This document shows positions 39,382 through 51,844 of a stretch of DNA of 64,000 nucleotides, in pieces; the first letter of the stretch is position 1; the number at the start of each line of letters is the position of its first letter. Source of the stretch: Antedon mediterranea (Eukaryota > Animalia > Echinodermata). The DNA lies in assembly GCF_964355755.1 (NCBI RefSeq), contig NC_092675.1, forward strand, positions 29,546,912 to 29,610,911. Direction: 5' to 3'. A program made the translations under genes and the position numbers. The notes beneath the pieces are model-generated. The model ran no database searches and was not told the origin of the DNA. It saw only the letters and a program-made list of their open reading frames with translations.

Positions 39382-40296
39382 GTAAGTACTGTACATTATT
39401 GTCTTACTGTACCGTAGTACATGCAGTAGTGTTTTAAATACATTTGAATTGTACTATACTGTAGGTAACCTTGCAAGCTGACAAACCATGTACTGTACTG
39501 TAGACAGTGTACAACAAAACATGATACATTGCTACTAAGCGAAGGTCCAAATCCATCTTTTTGTTTCAATTCTGTAGTAAAAATTATTTTATTATATTAT
39601 TATATTTTATTGGAAATATAATGAATAGCTATCCCTCGATATAATTTGTAATATAATACATTATATCTATTGAGTTACAAACAACAACAGGTTTAACACC
39701 TGAATTATTTTTTCTTACAGTAGTTAGGCTATTACAAACAAAGTTGGTATGCTTGGTGTATACAGTAGAAAGGTGACAATGGGCACTCTCTAACCACGCT
39801 CTTGGAATTCTACTTATACCTGTATTATTGATTAAAACAACTATTGATTCACAAATCAACAATTCAATACACTAGTAGCCATAATATCAAATAGGTGAAA
39901 AGGGCAACAGAAATACATCATTTTTTCAGTGGATTTTAATTATTCATCGAACCAGACTGAACAAGTCAATGATCAGGACTAACTGGTTATTTACAGTTGC
40001 CAAGTAAACAGACTTGTAAGCATATTTAATCTATTGATGTGCAAACTCTACAAATTAAATAACATTTATTATTCGGTAAACTAATCATCCTCTACATTTT
40101 GATCTACTAGAATAGTTGCGTTCACATCAATGTTGAGATAATATAAATAGATAATCCAGATTATTAATTCTGTATACAGAAAGTAGAGTACAAGTAGGTT
40201 AGTTGTACTGTACAACCTCAATGTTTCAACTTGTTTACATTCAACAGGAGTCACATCTACTGTAGGCTAAATGGCAATCAATGTACAGTATGTCAG

Positions 40297-40822
40297 GGGT
40301 ATTGCTAAACACCGCAAACCTCCAAAAAAACATAGCAAACCCCACCGAACCAACATAAAAGTGATTGAATCATGTAGTGTACGACCCACTGGGTATATCA
40401 ATGTACAAAAAAAATTTTTATTTCTACTGTTAACTTATTTTTTAGGTAAAACATCATTTTTTGGTTAAAAATGATTGCTAAACCCCGCAAACCTCAAAAA
40501 AACCATAGCAAACCCCACCGAACCAACACAAAAGTGATTGAATAATGTAGTGTATGACCCACTGGGTATATAAATTATTAAATTTCTACTGGTAACTACT
40601 TTTTTGGGGATTAAACATCATTTTTTGGTTAAAAATTAGCAATCATTTTTGACCAAAAAATGATGTTTTATCCCAAAAATAAGTTGTTAACAGTAGAAAT
40701 TTAATATTTTGTTTACATGGATATACCCAGTGGGTTGTACACTACATGATTCAATCACTTTTATGTTGGTTCGATGGGGTTTGCTATGGTTTTTTGGAGG
40801 TTTGCAGGGTTTAGCAATACCC
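40297..40822. mobile_element. Foldback MITE family D, complete, opposite orientation
   Basis: Same termini; 9-bp TSD GTATGTCAG (40288-40296 and 40823-40831); modules oriented +,+,-. Confidence 0.9.
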
Positions 40823-40844
40823 GTATGTCAGTATATTGATGATG

Positions 40845-41015
40845 ATGATAATAATAGTTGTATACATAGTAGCACATACTGTATGCAAGCTCTCAATGCG
40901 CTGCACATTATTACGGTACCCTGGTGGTAATTTTTTGGCTCAAACATGTATGGAAACATACAGTAAATACTCCTACCATAATAATGCAGCTATTATTTAA
41001 TCAGCGCAAAATTGC
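40845..41015 (-). mobile_element. Second copy of the SINE/LINE-tail repeat at 21528
   Basis: GCAAGCTCTCAATGCGCTGCACATTATTA..CCCTGG..GTATGGAAACATA..TAATGCAGCT..AATCAGCGCAAA. Confidence 0.65.
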
Positions 41016-44000
41016 ACAAATACAGTATTAAATTTAATATAGTATAATCAATATGTTGAGAGATAATTATTATCATTTGTCAAGGCTTTAGTATTATTTT
41101 TATTTACCGAATAATTTGGCATATGTAGTATTGTAATTTAAAAAAAAAAAATATTTAACTGTTTGCACAAGTAAAAATACATACAGTGGAAATAAAATAA
41201 TAATATACTAATACATTGTAGAATACAGTTACTAGTCTGTATATAATATTAATAATACAGTAGTACAGTACAGTAGTGACCAAAGCAAAATGTGAACAAA
41301 AGGATGCTACTTTGACTTGACTTGAAGGATGCACATGTTGGTACTTTGTCATTGTTCATTTCCAGCTGTCCACAACCTGTCATGTGTCAAGCTTTCTAGA
41401 CTCTCTCAGTCAGGATGTCACTAATATTTAGGGGAAGCCCTTTCCTGTTATCAGTATACTAGCTACTAAACATCTACAAATATATTCATAATGGCCAATT
41501 AAAGCTAATTCGTATTTTGGAATGTGCCAAAATATTTGTAAATTTTGTACTATACTGTACATACAAATTTATGGTATACAGTATTTGTCATAGTATTGCG
41601 TGCTGTTTTTAAATTAATGTTATAAATTGTTCATAATATTCATAAGGGACAATTTAAGCTAATTTTTATTTTGAAATGTGCCAAAAATATTTGTAAATGT
41701 TATCAAATGTACAGTATTGTATATTCTGTAGTGTAGCAAAATATTGTGTGCTGTTTTTAAATTAATTTTTTAAAATTTTATTATTGACTGCGTTTAAATA
41801 AAATTGATTTTTGCACTCTATTATTAAATTAAAGAATGCATAATTAATTTGAGTTTGAAAAATTAATTGAATAAAATTGACTGTCTCATTAAAAGACAAA
41901 CTTGATTAAAAATATTTAATGATGCCTATCAAAATAAACATGTCTTTCCTCTTCACATTCATCTACTGAAGAGTACTGTACACCTCACCATTATCTGTTA
42001 TCTCTGTATGTGAGGCATATAATTGTTTAAGTGACTCTAATTTGTTGACATATTTTTCTTGGTTTGACATGAGGTATCTTATGAAATGAGGCTCACGTTT
42101 ATGACATAATCTCACAGTGATCACAGAGGGAGAACACGAAAATAATTTCGTAAAAACTTTGAATAAAATTAGATTAGCTGTGAAACATTCATGACTATGT
42201 ACAAGGTAAAGACCCCGTGGATGTAGAGTACCAGTCACATCAGTGATCTTGCTACCCAACTACTGAGAAATGTATAAATATACAGAAATATAATATTAGA
42301 GATTAGCGTTTAGTGAATAGACCTGGGAATCAAATTTATTACTGGTTGTGAACAGGATTTAAATTGTACATATTACAGTACTACAGTACTGTACTGTATA
42401 TATAAAAAAAAAAATTAAAGGGGAACAAATTTAGTACGGTACTGTAAAGCAGTGCACTCATGATATTACAGTATTAATATATATATCAAATTAAAATTCA
42501 TTATTTTACATTCGAATGAAAGTTCATACATAAGTGTTTTAAACAAGCCTACTGTGCTTAATGTTTTGCAGTACGTGTCGAGATTGTGAATAAGCAAAGA
42601 GCAAAAGTCATCATACATACTGTACATAGCACCAGTGTGCCTACCATAGCTAGAGGGAAAAACAAAGGTTCTGCCATCCCACGTTCACTTCTTTTTTTAA
42701 ACTTTGCTTGACATTTGACCTTTCTTGAATTCTACACTAAATCATATTTTGTTTTTTTATTTTTACTCCATTTTGGATCAAATTGATGATACTTTAGATT
42801 TGCATAAATTTCCTGTCAATTTCCGCTTGAGTCTGAGTTGTTTTTTGTCGTCTGCTTGAATTTTGTCATCAGCAGAATGATATGGTCCAAGAAAACTATT
42901 CAGAGTACTGTACCGGAAATACTGAAAAACTTAGAGAAGAAGGTTAATAAAAAATATGCAGACACGAACTGTACATATTTTTAGGAAATATACATACTTA
43001 TAGTTATATATAGTTATTTATGTATATTGCTACTTCTACTTTCTGTTTATTGATGGAAAATCTTGATTTGCTAACAGTACTGATTGTAGTATGAAAAATG
43101 CCGAATAAAAATGACAATATGATAGATTACTGTACTGTAGTGATCACTACAATAGGGCTAATACAAATAATGTGACTTGTGCATTATCCATGATTAAAAT
43201 TTGTACATGGTCGGTGTGAACCATGCCTGAAGGAGAAGTGGTCTCTTGTTCCAAAATAGTTACTCAATTTACCTGTAATTAACAGTGAAGTGTAAACAGA
43301 GATGTTATTATTAACAGCAAATTGACCAACTCCCTTGGAGAATAAACTGTAAATGGGCTGGCAAAGGGCATTACGTTACATGTTAATATTCATTAGCTGA
43401 ATTCAATATCGTCTTTAAGCTGACAAAATCCTGTGTGTTGTTATTCCTGTAGCAGCATGGTGAGTGTACTGTACAGTTATATTTTACTGTAGTAGGCATG
43501 TTTTATCCAAGTCTACAGTATTTCACATAAGTACATTACTGTATACTGTGTACTGTACAATACAAATATTACAACAATTACTATCTACAGTAATAAACAA
43601 TTAGTGTTTTTTTTATTACATACAATATTGTACTGTATATATTTTACTGTACATACTGTATACTAGTCTGTGTACTCTGTACAGTACAGAAAATGAATCA
43701 GTTGCTATAAGATTCAATAATAATGATAATAATTTATTTGGAAGCTACTGTACATATTTGAAACAGTGGCACACTTCTTGAATGAAAGTGCATCCAGAGT
43801 AAGTAAAATAAAAGTTAGAGAAAGAAAAATGATTATTATGACTAAATTATGTACAAGATATACTGTAAAAAAAAAACATTAACAAATATAAGAAACTGTG
43901 GCACACTTCAATGTACAGTACAGTACAATTAAATAAAAAACGATTCATACACTAGCACATGCTGTACAAAGACCTCCCATCCCAACTAGATTCAATTGAA

Positions 44001-45440
44001 TTGAAAGAGTTGTTGCATTATACAGTAGGTCTACTGTAGTACTATTACTTACTGTACTAAAATCATGTCACAATTATAGTAAACATGGGGATAATTAAAT
44101 AATAAACAAACTAATTACAGTCAAGGACTACAGTAAGTTCTGATAGTAGTAAACCACAAACTAATCATGACTTTACCTTATTGATAAGCCACTACCTTTA
44201 ATGTCAATGCACTATAATCCTATTTCAAATTAAATGCGAGTCTCCCTGTTAATTTCCAATTTATATTTAATGACATTTGCAATCAAGCGATGCAATATTA
44301 TGTTAATAACTCATGTTTTAATTACAATGGCTGCTTACTGTACATTCTAATTCCTACTTGGTTAATGATTGTAAAGAGATATTTTTAATTTCTGTCGAGT
44401 CCTTTCGACGCCATTAGTATGGTAATAAGTTGTAGTATACTGTAGACAATATCTCTACTGTTAAATTGGAAGTAGTTGAAATGAGACAAACCAGGGAGAA
44501 ATAACTTATTTCTTCCTGGACAAACTGATAATTTTTTTTTTTTTACAAATTTATTTAACTGATTGTCTTCTAAGAGACCGATATTCTGCTGAAATACAGT
44601 AGAGGACTATTAATTTATTTATATTCTTTTCTTTCTCTATCCACGAGAAAATTTAATGAGTTTGTTTAGTGGGTGGGAGGGGGGGGGGGGGGTTGAAGAT
44701 AGTACTGGGAATTAAGTTTCATTACATGTAAATTTGTTTGTATATTATATCAGTATAATTAATATGCAAATTTGAATCTGAATGCTACTGTATAATATAA
44801 TACTGTAATACTGAAAAGTAATATGCTATACAGTACATGGTCCAAAAATATATTGGTGCATGTGCACAATAGTTCATTTGTTGAATAATACCTTTTATTG
44901 TGTTTTATAAGCTCTTATTTGATCTGGGGGATCACTAATCTCTCTGCAGTGTAATCCAACCATTATCAAGGGCTTAATATAGCAAGCATCTTTCTTTACT
45001 ATACCAATACCCATCATTGTCATTTAGTATCTGCTTTATCTAGCTGCTCCATATATATTTCACCATGGCTTCTCTCAGTACCTGACTGTACCGTTGAGCT
45101 TACAGTATACCCACAGGTTTCTGTATTTCATTTTTTTGCAGAATTTACACATCATTTGTTGTTATGTAATAGTATATCTTATAATATTGTAGTGTCTATC
45201 AATGTCAAGTTACAGTACAGTATGTGAATACGCTTTTTTATTGACAGTTACAGTAAACTGTTGAGTAACAATATTAAAAATATCGTTTTATTCTATTTCC
45301 TCAGGAAGGTTGACCCAGGAAGTGATTGGTATTCAAATAGGATAGTTGCTGTTGAACAATCAGGAACATTGAAGGCCGTCATATACCCGTGTCACTGACA
45401 CGTCGTAGTGTGCTTTACAATTGTGCAAATTCATTTCAAA

Positions 45441-46172
45441 ATGGGTTCTAATTTTCTTTTGCGTCTTTTGAAGAGGAAAAGCTCACTAAAACCTCGCATT
45501 GATAATCATAGTCTATATACAAGTATTCAAATGAGTAAAGTTCTTGTTGAGGGCATTCTGACTGTTCACGAACCATGGCGTAGGAATCAAAAGAAACCAA
45601 AAAGTGTTTTTTTGAGCTTGTATACGAATGACTCAAGTCCATTTATTGCGTGGTACGCTGAAAAGCAACGTAAGAAAGCACGTGGATATTTCAATGTTCG
45701 CGGTGCAAAAATCGCACCAATTGGAGAATACAGCTTCCAGATTATCTTTGAGAATTCGAGTCAGATTTACAAATTCCATTGCGAGTGTTGGGATGATAGA
45801 GAAACTTGGTTGTACACACTCAGAGAACAAAGTCGCAAAGAAATTTCAGTTCAGTTATTCCGATCAAATTCCACTGAAGAAGACAAGAATGAACCGTGCG
45901 TAAACAATGATAGGCGACAAGGTGACCGGCCAAGCTGGAAAAGCCATCGACGCGTTGTGAGTACCGGGTCACCGTTACCTAACTTTGAACAAAACCAAGT
46001 GGTGAACTTGCAAAGGAGTCGAAGCCAGCCGCACATTCAGAAACGGCGTATTGTCAGACGGCGGCCAACTTTAAGTGAACAAAAACAAACTGGACATTGC
46101 AAAGTTGGTAACAAGGTGTCGTGTCATCAGTCATTCATACGCTCACCGCAAGTTAAAGTCAGTCGAGGTTGA
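45441..46172 (+). CDS. Uncharacterised PH-domain protein, uninterrupted ORF (~243 aa from the first ATG)
   Basis: aaaATGG start. PH-like pattern VLVEGILTV..VFLSLY..FIAWY..KARGYFNVRGAKI..YSFQIIF..IYKFHCE..DRETWLYTL, then a basic Ser/Arg-rich tail. Upstream acceptor ttctatttcctcag at 45304; AATAAA at 46315. Confidence 0.7.
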   Translation: MGSNFLLRLLKRKSSLKPRIDNHSLYTSIQMSKVLVEGILTVHEPWRRNQKKPKSVFLSLYTNDSSPFIAWYAEKQRKKARGYFNVRGAKIAPIGEYSFQIIFENSSQIYKFHCECWDDRETWLYTLREQSRKEISVQLFRSNSTEEDKNEPCVNNDRRQGDRPSWKSHRRVVSTGSPLPNFEQNQVVNLQRSRSQPHIQKRRIVRRRPTLSEQKQTGHCKVGNKVSCHQSFIRSPQVKVSRG

Positions 46173-49100
46173 GGAACTACCACTGGCTATTACCGCTTGG
46201 ACAATTAATATACGGTGCTTGAAAACGATAAGTGATGAAAACGAAGGGAATTATGCTGCCCTTCGATTCTACTCGAAAGGACGTGTGCGTGGCAATGCAA
46301 TGTGTAAATGAAGAAATAAAAATGTATTCAAAAATTTACCAAACTTGGTTGCTCAAATATTAATTTATTATAATTTAGCATTTTCTAATAATTGTGTACA
46401 ATAAATGACCAGTTAATATTTACAGTATATGTATTTTTGCATTTTGGTCTACAGTACTGATAGCATTACTCTGTGAGTGACCATAGCAAATTAAATTGTG
46501 TTGGGGACTACCTATTATCTACAGTATACAAATAATAATGAATGATATACAGTAGGTTGAATGGAAAGAATATTTTCATGAGTTGTAAAATTGAATGTCT
46601 TAATAATAGGATAGTTTGAATAATGAATGTATACTCGCCATTCAATGAATTCAAAACATTTATTTGTTTTAACAAAGCTACTGGTTTAGAGTACTGTAAA
46701 CTAATGTAGTAAACTTGTATTCAATTAATCAGCCGCTTCCATCCTGTTAAAGATTATCACGTAGGCCATGCAAAGAATTGCGCCAGAGACCAGGAACTGT
46801 TGGGTTCAAACTTCTTTAGGGATTTCCACCATAACCCTCTACTGTCTGCTGAAGTGCCATACTGTAAATTGAATGTCATAGGTGGGGCTATAGAATTTTT
46901 GTTGTGAAGCAGAGCAATATAGACTGCGTACTTTACTGGATAGTTTTGCGCTCGCATTGTTAGTACATAATTACCATGTTGCGTCAATGTTTGCAAAAAC
47001 TTGAATGTGCAATGGGAGATGCATGTCACTTGATATGAAATCAACCAATCAAATGACAATATTCTGTTCAGTTACAGTACTGTATCTGGTCACCAGTATG
47101 GTACAGTTAAATGATACTGTAGAGAAAAAGATTTACAGTATTGTTACTGTATTTGGGATTTAAACTGTATACTGCATGTACTGTACAGTACTAAACACTA
47201 TGTAACGTTTGAGATGATTCTCGTTCCAATATCGATGGGGTCCAGAAGCGAATCGATATTCACATTCCAACTTTTGTTTCTCAATTATAAATAAATTAAT
47301 AATAAACAAATATTTAATTTTCTGCAAAATAAATTTCTGTATTTATTGTTTATGAAAAGTATTGGGCGTAATTACCAAATTACTTGTTAAATTATTAAAA
47401 TAAAATTTCATTTATCAACTAAATCGACACAGTACAAATGAAATGGTGCTCTTCTGAGGTGAATAAATACATTTTGTAGTTAAATGCATTTGGTATAAAT
47501 TGAATTTTACCTAAAAAATCTAAATTCCCATAATTTATGCTTGAGCTAAGCATGCTTTTTACAGTAAATGTTAATGAGATTTGTTGTTGAATTTGGTCCA
47601 AAAAGCTTAGTGCCTTGTAAGATAGTTACATTCCCAGAAAATTGAAGAAAAGAACTGGTCTTGGAATTTCATATTGTACTGTACCTACTGTAGATAAGAA
47701 ATACACATTATCTGTTATTCTGTCTGTTAAGCTTTATGAATTACTGTATACCACATTTTGATTTAAATAAAGTAATCTGTTTTTAAAGTAGCTTCTTCAA
47801 ATATGTCAGTATTAAATGATTTTATTTTTTTTGTAATATTTATGGAACTTTTAATATACTTTTTGGATTTATAGGTATATTTAGCAGTACAGTATATTCT
47901 TTAGAAATACATATTTTCTTGAAAATATTTTAAATAACATAATAGTTCCTTGTAATTATAGGACCAAAAGCTCAGTGTGGTCACAAACAATGGTTGAATA
48001 TAAATGTTGAATTAGTGCTAAATACTGTATACTAATTTAGCTATGTAAGGCGTGTACTACTGGTATATTAAGCTCATTTTAATTATTTACCAACATTTTA
48101 CGCTAAATTCTCGATTATTAAGTCTTTCATTTAACCATTAGTATATATACAATTAAATATATTACTGTATATTATTTTATGCAATTATGAATAATTATAT
48201 TATTTTATGAATATTATTGTTTTGTTGTAATTGTTAAGCCTGCCACTGGTACAGTTTAAATGCTGTAACATGGCATGGTTTGGTCTTCCTAAGACTAGTC
48301 AGAATTCTAATCTCTAGTAAAACCCCACCAGACGCATATATCAGCAAACACACACTACTTTAATGTATGAGAACTGTGTCATGGTTTTAAACATTTTTAG
48401 TTATCCTGCTAAGAGAATTTTCTTTTTAAAAATTTGATAATAAACCTGATCTAAATACGGAATTAAGGTAAAAAATCCTCCGCACGAATCAAGATATTCG
48501 AGTACCTTGACGATTCCTGTGTAAATATTTTGAACCGGTGGTTTTCACTGTCAAGCTGAGATGAGTGTAACTCCTTGTGTTGTTTTAGCGTGCATCTTAC
48601 GAATTAGTATCACCATCATTAACGGTTATCTGCGTGGGCAGCGCACCCACTGTTCCTCCAGGTCTAGAACCCTGTAGTGAGATGCATTTAAACCTGCAGA
48701 GTGTAAACCTCTAATGTTTATTGACACCTTCGTACCAATGTCATGACCTAGATATCGGCTTCGCTTGCACAGAACAACACGAGGGCAGTGTTACCATGCT
48801 GGTGATTCTCATTTCAATAGTAATTGCGTGGGAAAAAAGTTTAGAAGCGAGAGACCAAAAAAAAGTTGCAAATCCAACAATTATTTTTGTTATATTAATT
48901 TTCATAATACACTATATCTATACTTCCATTTATGTAATAATACAGTATATACCTCATATTTAGTTTTGAATTATAATTTTTATATCACACATCTTTTTAT
49001 GTTATATAATTATATTATTATACTACTAATAAACAACAGTTTACTCATCAGTACAAAGGTATTATAATGATTGTAATATTAGTATTAATTACTATCAAAA

Positions 49101-49337
49101 TGTTGGTATAATTCATTGTTACTGTCATCTGTTGTCAAATGTGTGCACAAGTGGTGGGTACTGAAAAGATTCCATAATAACACTGTTTTGTGATGTACAC
49201 AAACTGATAATAATTCAATTTATACTATAAACCAGTTCATTACTAGAATAATAATAGTATAATAAATAATAGTACTGTATAATAGAATAATTCATTTCAT
49301 TCTGTTTCTGTAAAGCTTGGTTCCCACGTTGCTTTAA

Positions 49338-49469
49338 AGCTCTGTCTACACTATCAAACTAGTTTGACAAAAAAAGTGTGATGTGCCTAAATATGGTAGT
49401 GATAAGATGTTAAGTATGATGGGCATCACACTTGTTTTTCATATAAAGTTTGATATTGTAGACAGAACT
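49338..49469. mobile_element. Harbinger-like MITE family A, internally deleted
   Basis: AGCTCTGTCTACACTATCAAACT / AGTTTGATATTGTAGACAGAACT with TAA on both sides. Confidence 0.85.
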
Positions 49470-50167
49470 TAAGCAATTATTATTACAGTTTTAGACTACA
49501 TATTTAAATTCTACAGTATTACCAGTACAGTATCATGTGTTTATCTAAAATAGTACACCTGGTAAATAATACTGATAGCTGAATCTTGGCGATACAATAT
49601 ATTTGTTTAATTCCATACTTAGTAGTACTGTAGTAGGCGTAGTCATTAAATTTACAAAATAATAGTATGATTTGCTTATGAGAAGAAGGGAATTTAGTTT
49701 CATCCATCTTTTTTAAAGAAGCTATACCAAATTATTTATGTGAAATTTGAAATGAATTCACATCAATCATATCAATTAATTTATTTCTTTCAAAGTTTAA
49801 AAGTAATGCAAATAATTTATATATGGGATTAGGTTATAAGAAATGAAAGAGACAAAAAAAACAACTGGAGTGTTCTTACTACTTGTGTTGTGAAATCCAT
49901 GATGTACTAATTTACATATATACACACAGTAGCAATTAGAGCACTATTATATTTTAAACAACCTTACAGTATACTGTATTGGTTCCATCCTTAGCTCTCC
50001 TCTCAATGTGATTGTAAATTGTGGTATTGTTAAAGAATTTGGAGTTAATTAATTTTAAAGGCAATAAAAATGAGAATCTTAAAGAAGATGTAGACTATGT
50101 TTGCAGTGATTATAGAGTAAGAATGAATATGGTAGCTAGTAGAAATAAGCAATGTGTTACTTATTAA

Positions 50168-50338
50168 GGCCAATTTGCATAGACAAGTGGTAACGTAAGC
50201 GGAAAACTGCATAGATTGTCCCATGTAGAATCTGCATCCATCCTGCGCGGCGGAAACCACCTGTCTGCTTCACGTTTTGTGTAAGGAACGACATAGAATC
50301 TATAGTTATACCGTTACTACTCGTCTGTGTAAGTTGCC
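50168..50338. mobile_element. Harbinger-like MITE family C, second copy
   Basis: GGCCAATTTGCATAGAC.. / ..CTCGTCTGTGTAAGTTGCC; inverted relative to 29590. Confidence 0.75.
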
Positions 50339-51844
50339 TTTATTGTATGCTTAAATTCATGATTAGTTACATACATGCTCTGCTGCTAGTCAGTTGGTAT
50401 TGTATGCTATAAGTCAGTCTGAATGTATAGTACTGTGATTAGTGATTTCTGGGAATGCATTTAAGCAGTAAGGTCTTTTACTGTATTCATTAGAGAGCAG
50501 GTTGTGCGATTTTGTTACCATGTTCAGTAGAGTATGTGGGGTTGAAGGTGCTACGAATACTGCCATTTGTGTCGATAGAGGGCGACTGACGTCTTAAGGT
50601 CACTGAATAGTTAGAATGAAAATTAAAAGATGTCAAATATTCTTTTTAGTATCAATACATATCGATGTCATATGCTGATTATATGCGACATATTTTTAAG
50701 CAGTTAGTTTTGCAATTCTTAACTTGTGTTTTTGGAAACTGTGCAAAAAGAACGTTTTTTATAAAGTTGTACAAAGATGAAAATGTTCTCTGTTGCTATG
50801 AGCGACAAACAAATTCATGTTTTTTGCAATTGTCTACAGAAGTTACAATTAATTGATGTTCAAGAAGGAATTTGGTAAATAATGTTTAAAAAGCATTTTG
50901 GTAATTGCTATGGTGTTAGTTCTTACCACTTTTACAATGAAAATTGACTTGTACATTTTTTAATTAATTGTTATTAAATTTAAAATTTCATCAGTACTTT
51001 GAAAGAAAACTCACCAAAATATTTATCTTGCTAAAATAGTACAAATGTTTTAAAACGCTGTATACTATTAATGAAAAGTTGTACGAATGGACCAAGTTTT
51101 TAGATTATGTTGTCTCAATGTAAACACACAAACAATATAGTGGTTGTTACTGTCAGGTTACTATGAGGTTTATTTCTGCTAGTGGTTAAACTTGCATACT
51201 GTGCTATGTGACTAACATTATTTTACATTATCTGGATGATACATTATTATGTTATAAAATACATTACTGTACATTATATAATACATTATTATATGTTATA
51301 TAATACATTATTGTATAATTTTAGCACATGTCAAAAACGATAGATTTCAGTAATAGTTGTAGACAAAAAACTGTAAAATGGTAGAAATCAATTGATTTAA
51401 AATTCATATCAAATGAGCTCTGAATCCCATCAAAATATTAAGTTTATCTGTATAACACATTGTGCAGATTTAAACCACCGAAATGTCATTTTATTTTTGT
51501 GAATGTTAATGTTTGTGAGATTACTCTTTATTATTCCATATTGTATTTATAATATGTATGTATTAATATTTTATCCAATGCCTATATAAATATATATATG
51601 CATGTAGAATAAAGTGCAATGCTAACGTGTTGTATCAATGAAAACAAACATTTTGTTTGATGTATTTGTATGTTGGTACAGTAACACAATTACTATTCTT
51701 ATATAGTACAGGAATCTTGTTGAAAAATGGTCAAAATATGCACTTTTTAAAATTCAATTATGCAATTGCTATGCATATATTGCATTATCATCATCTGATG
51801 ATGGAGTCATATAGTCACCACTGAAACTAACAAAATTAAATTGT

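Noticed and set aside
48480-48830. CpG-containing patch as a coding exon
   Set aside because: Frames I translated are short or uninformative; it could be a regulatory or repeat relic but I cannot support a call.
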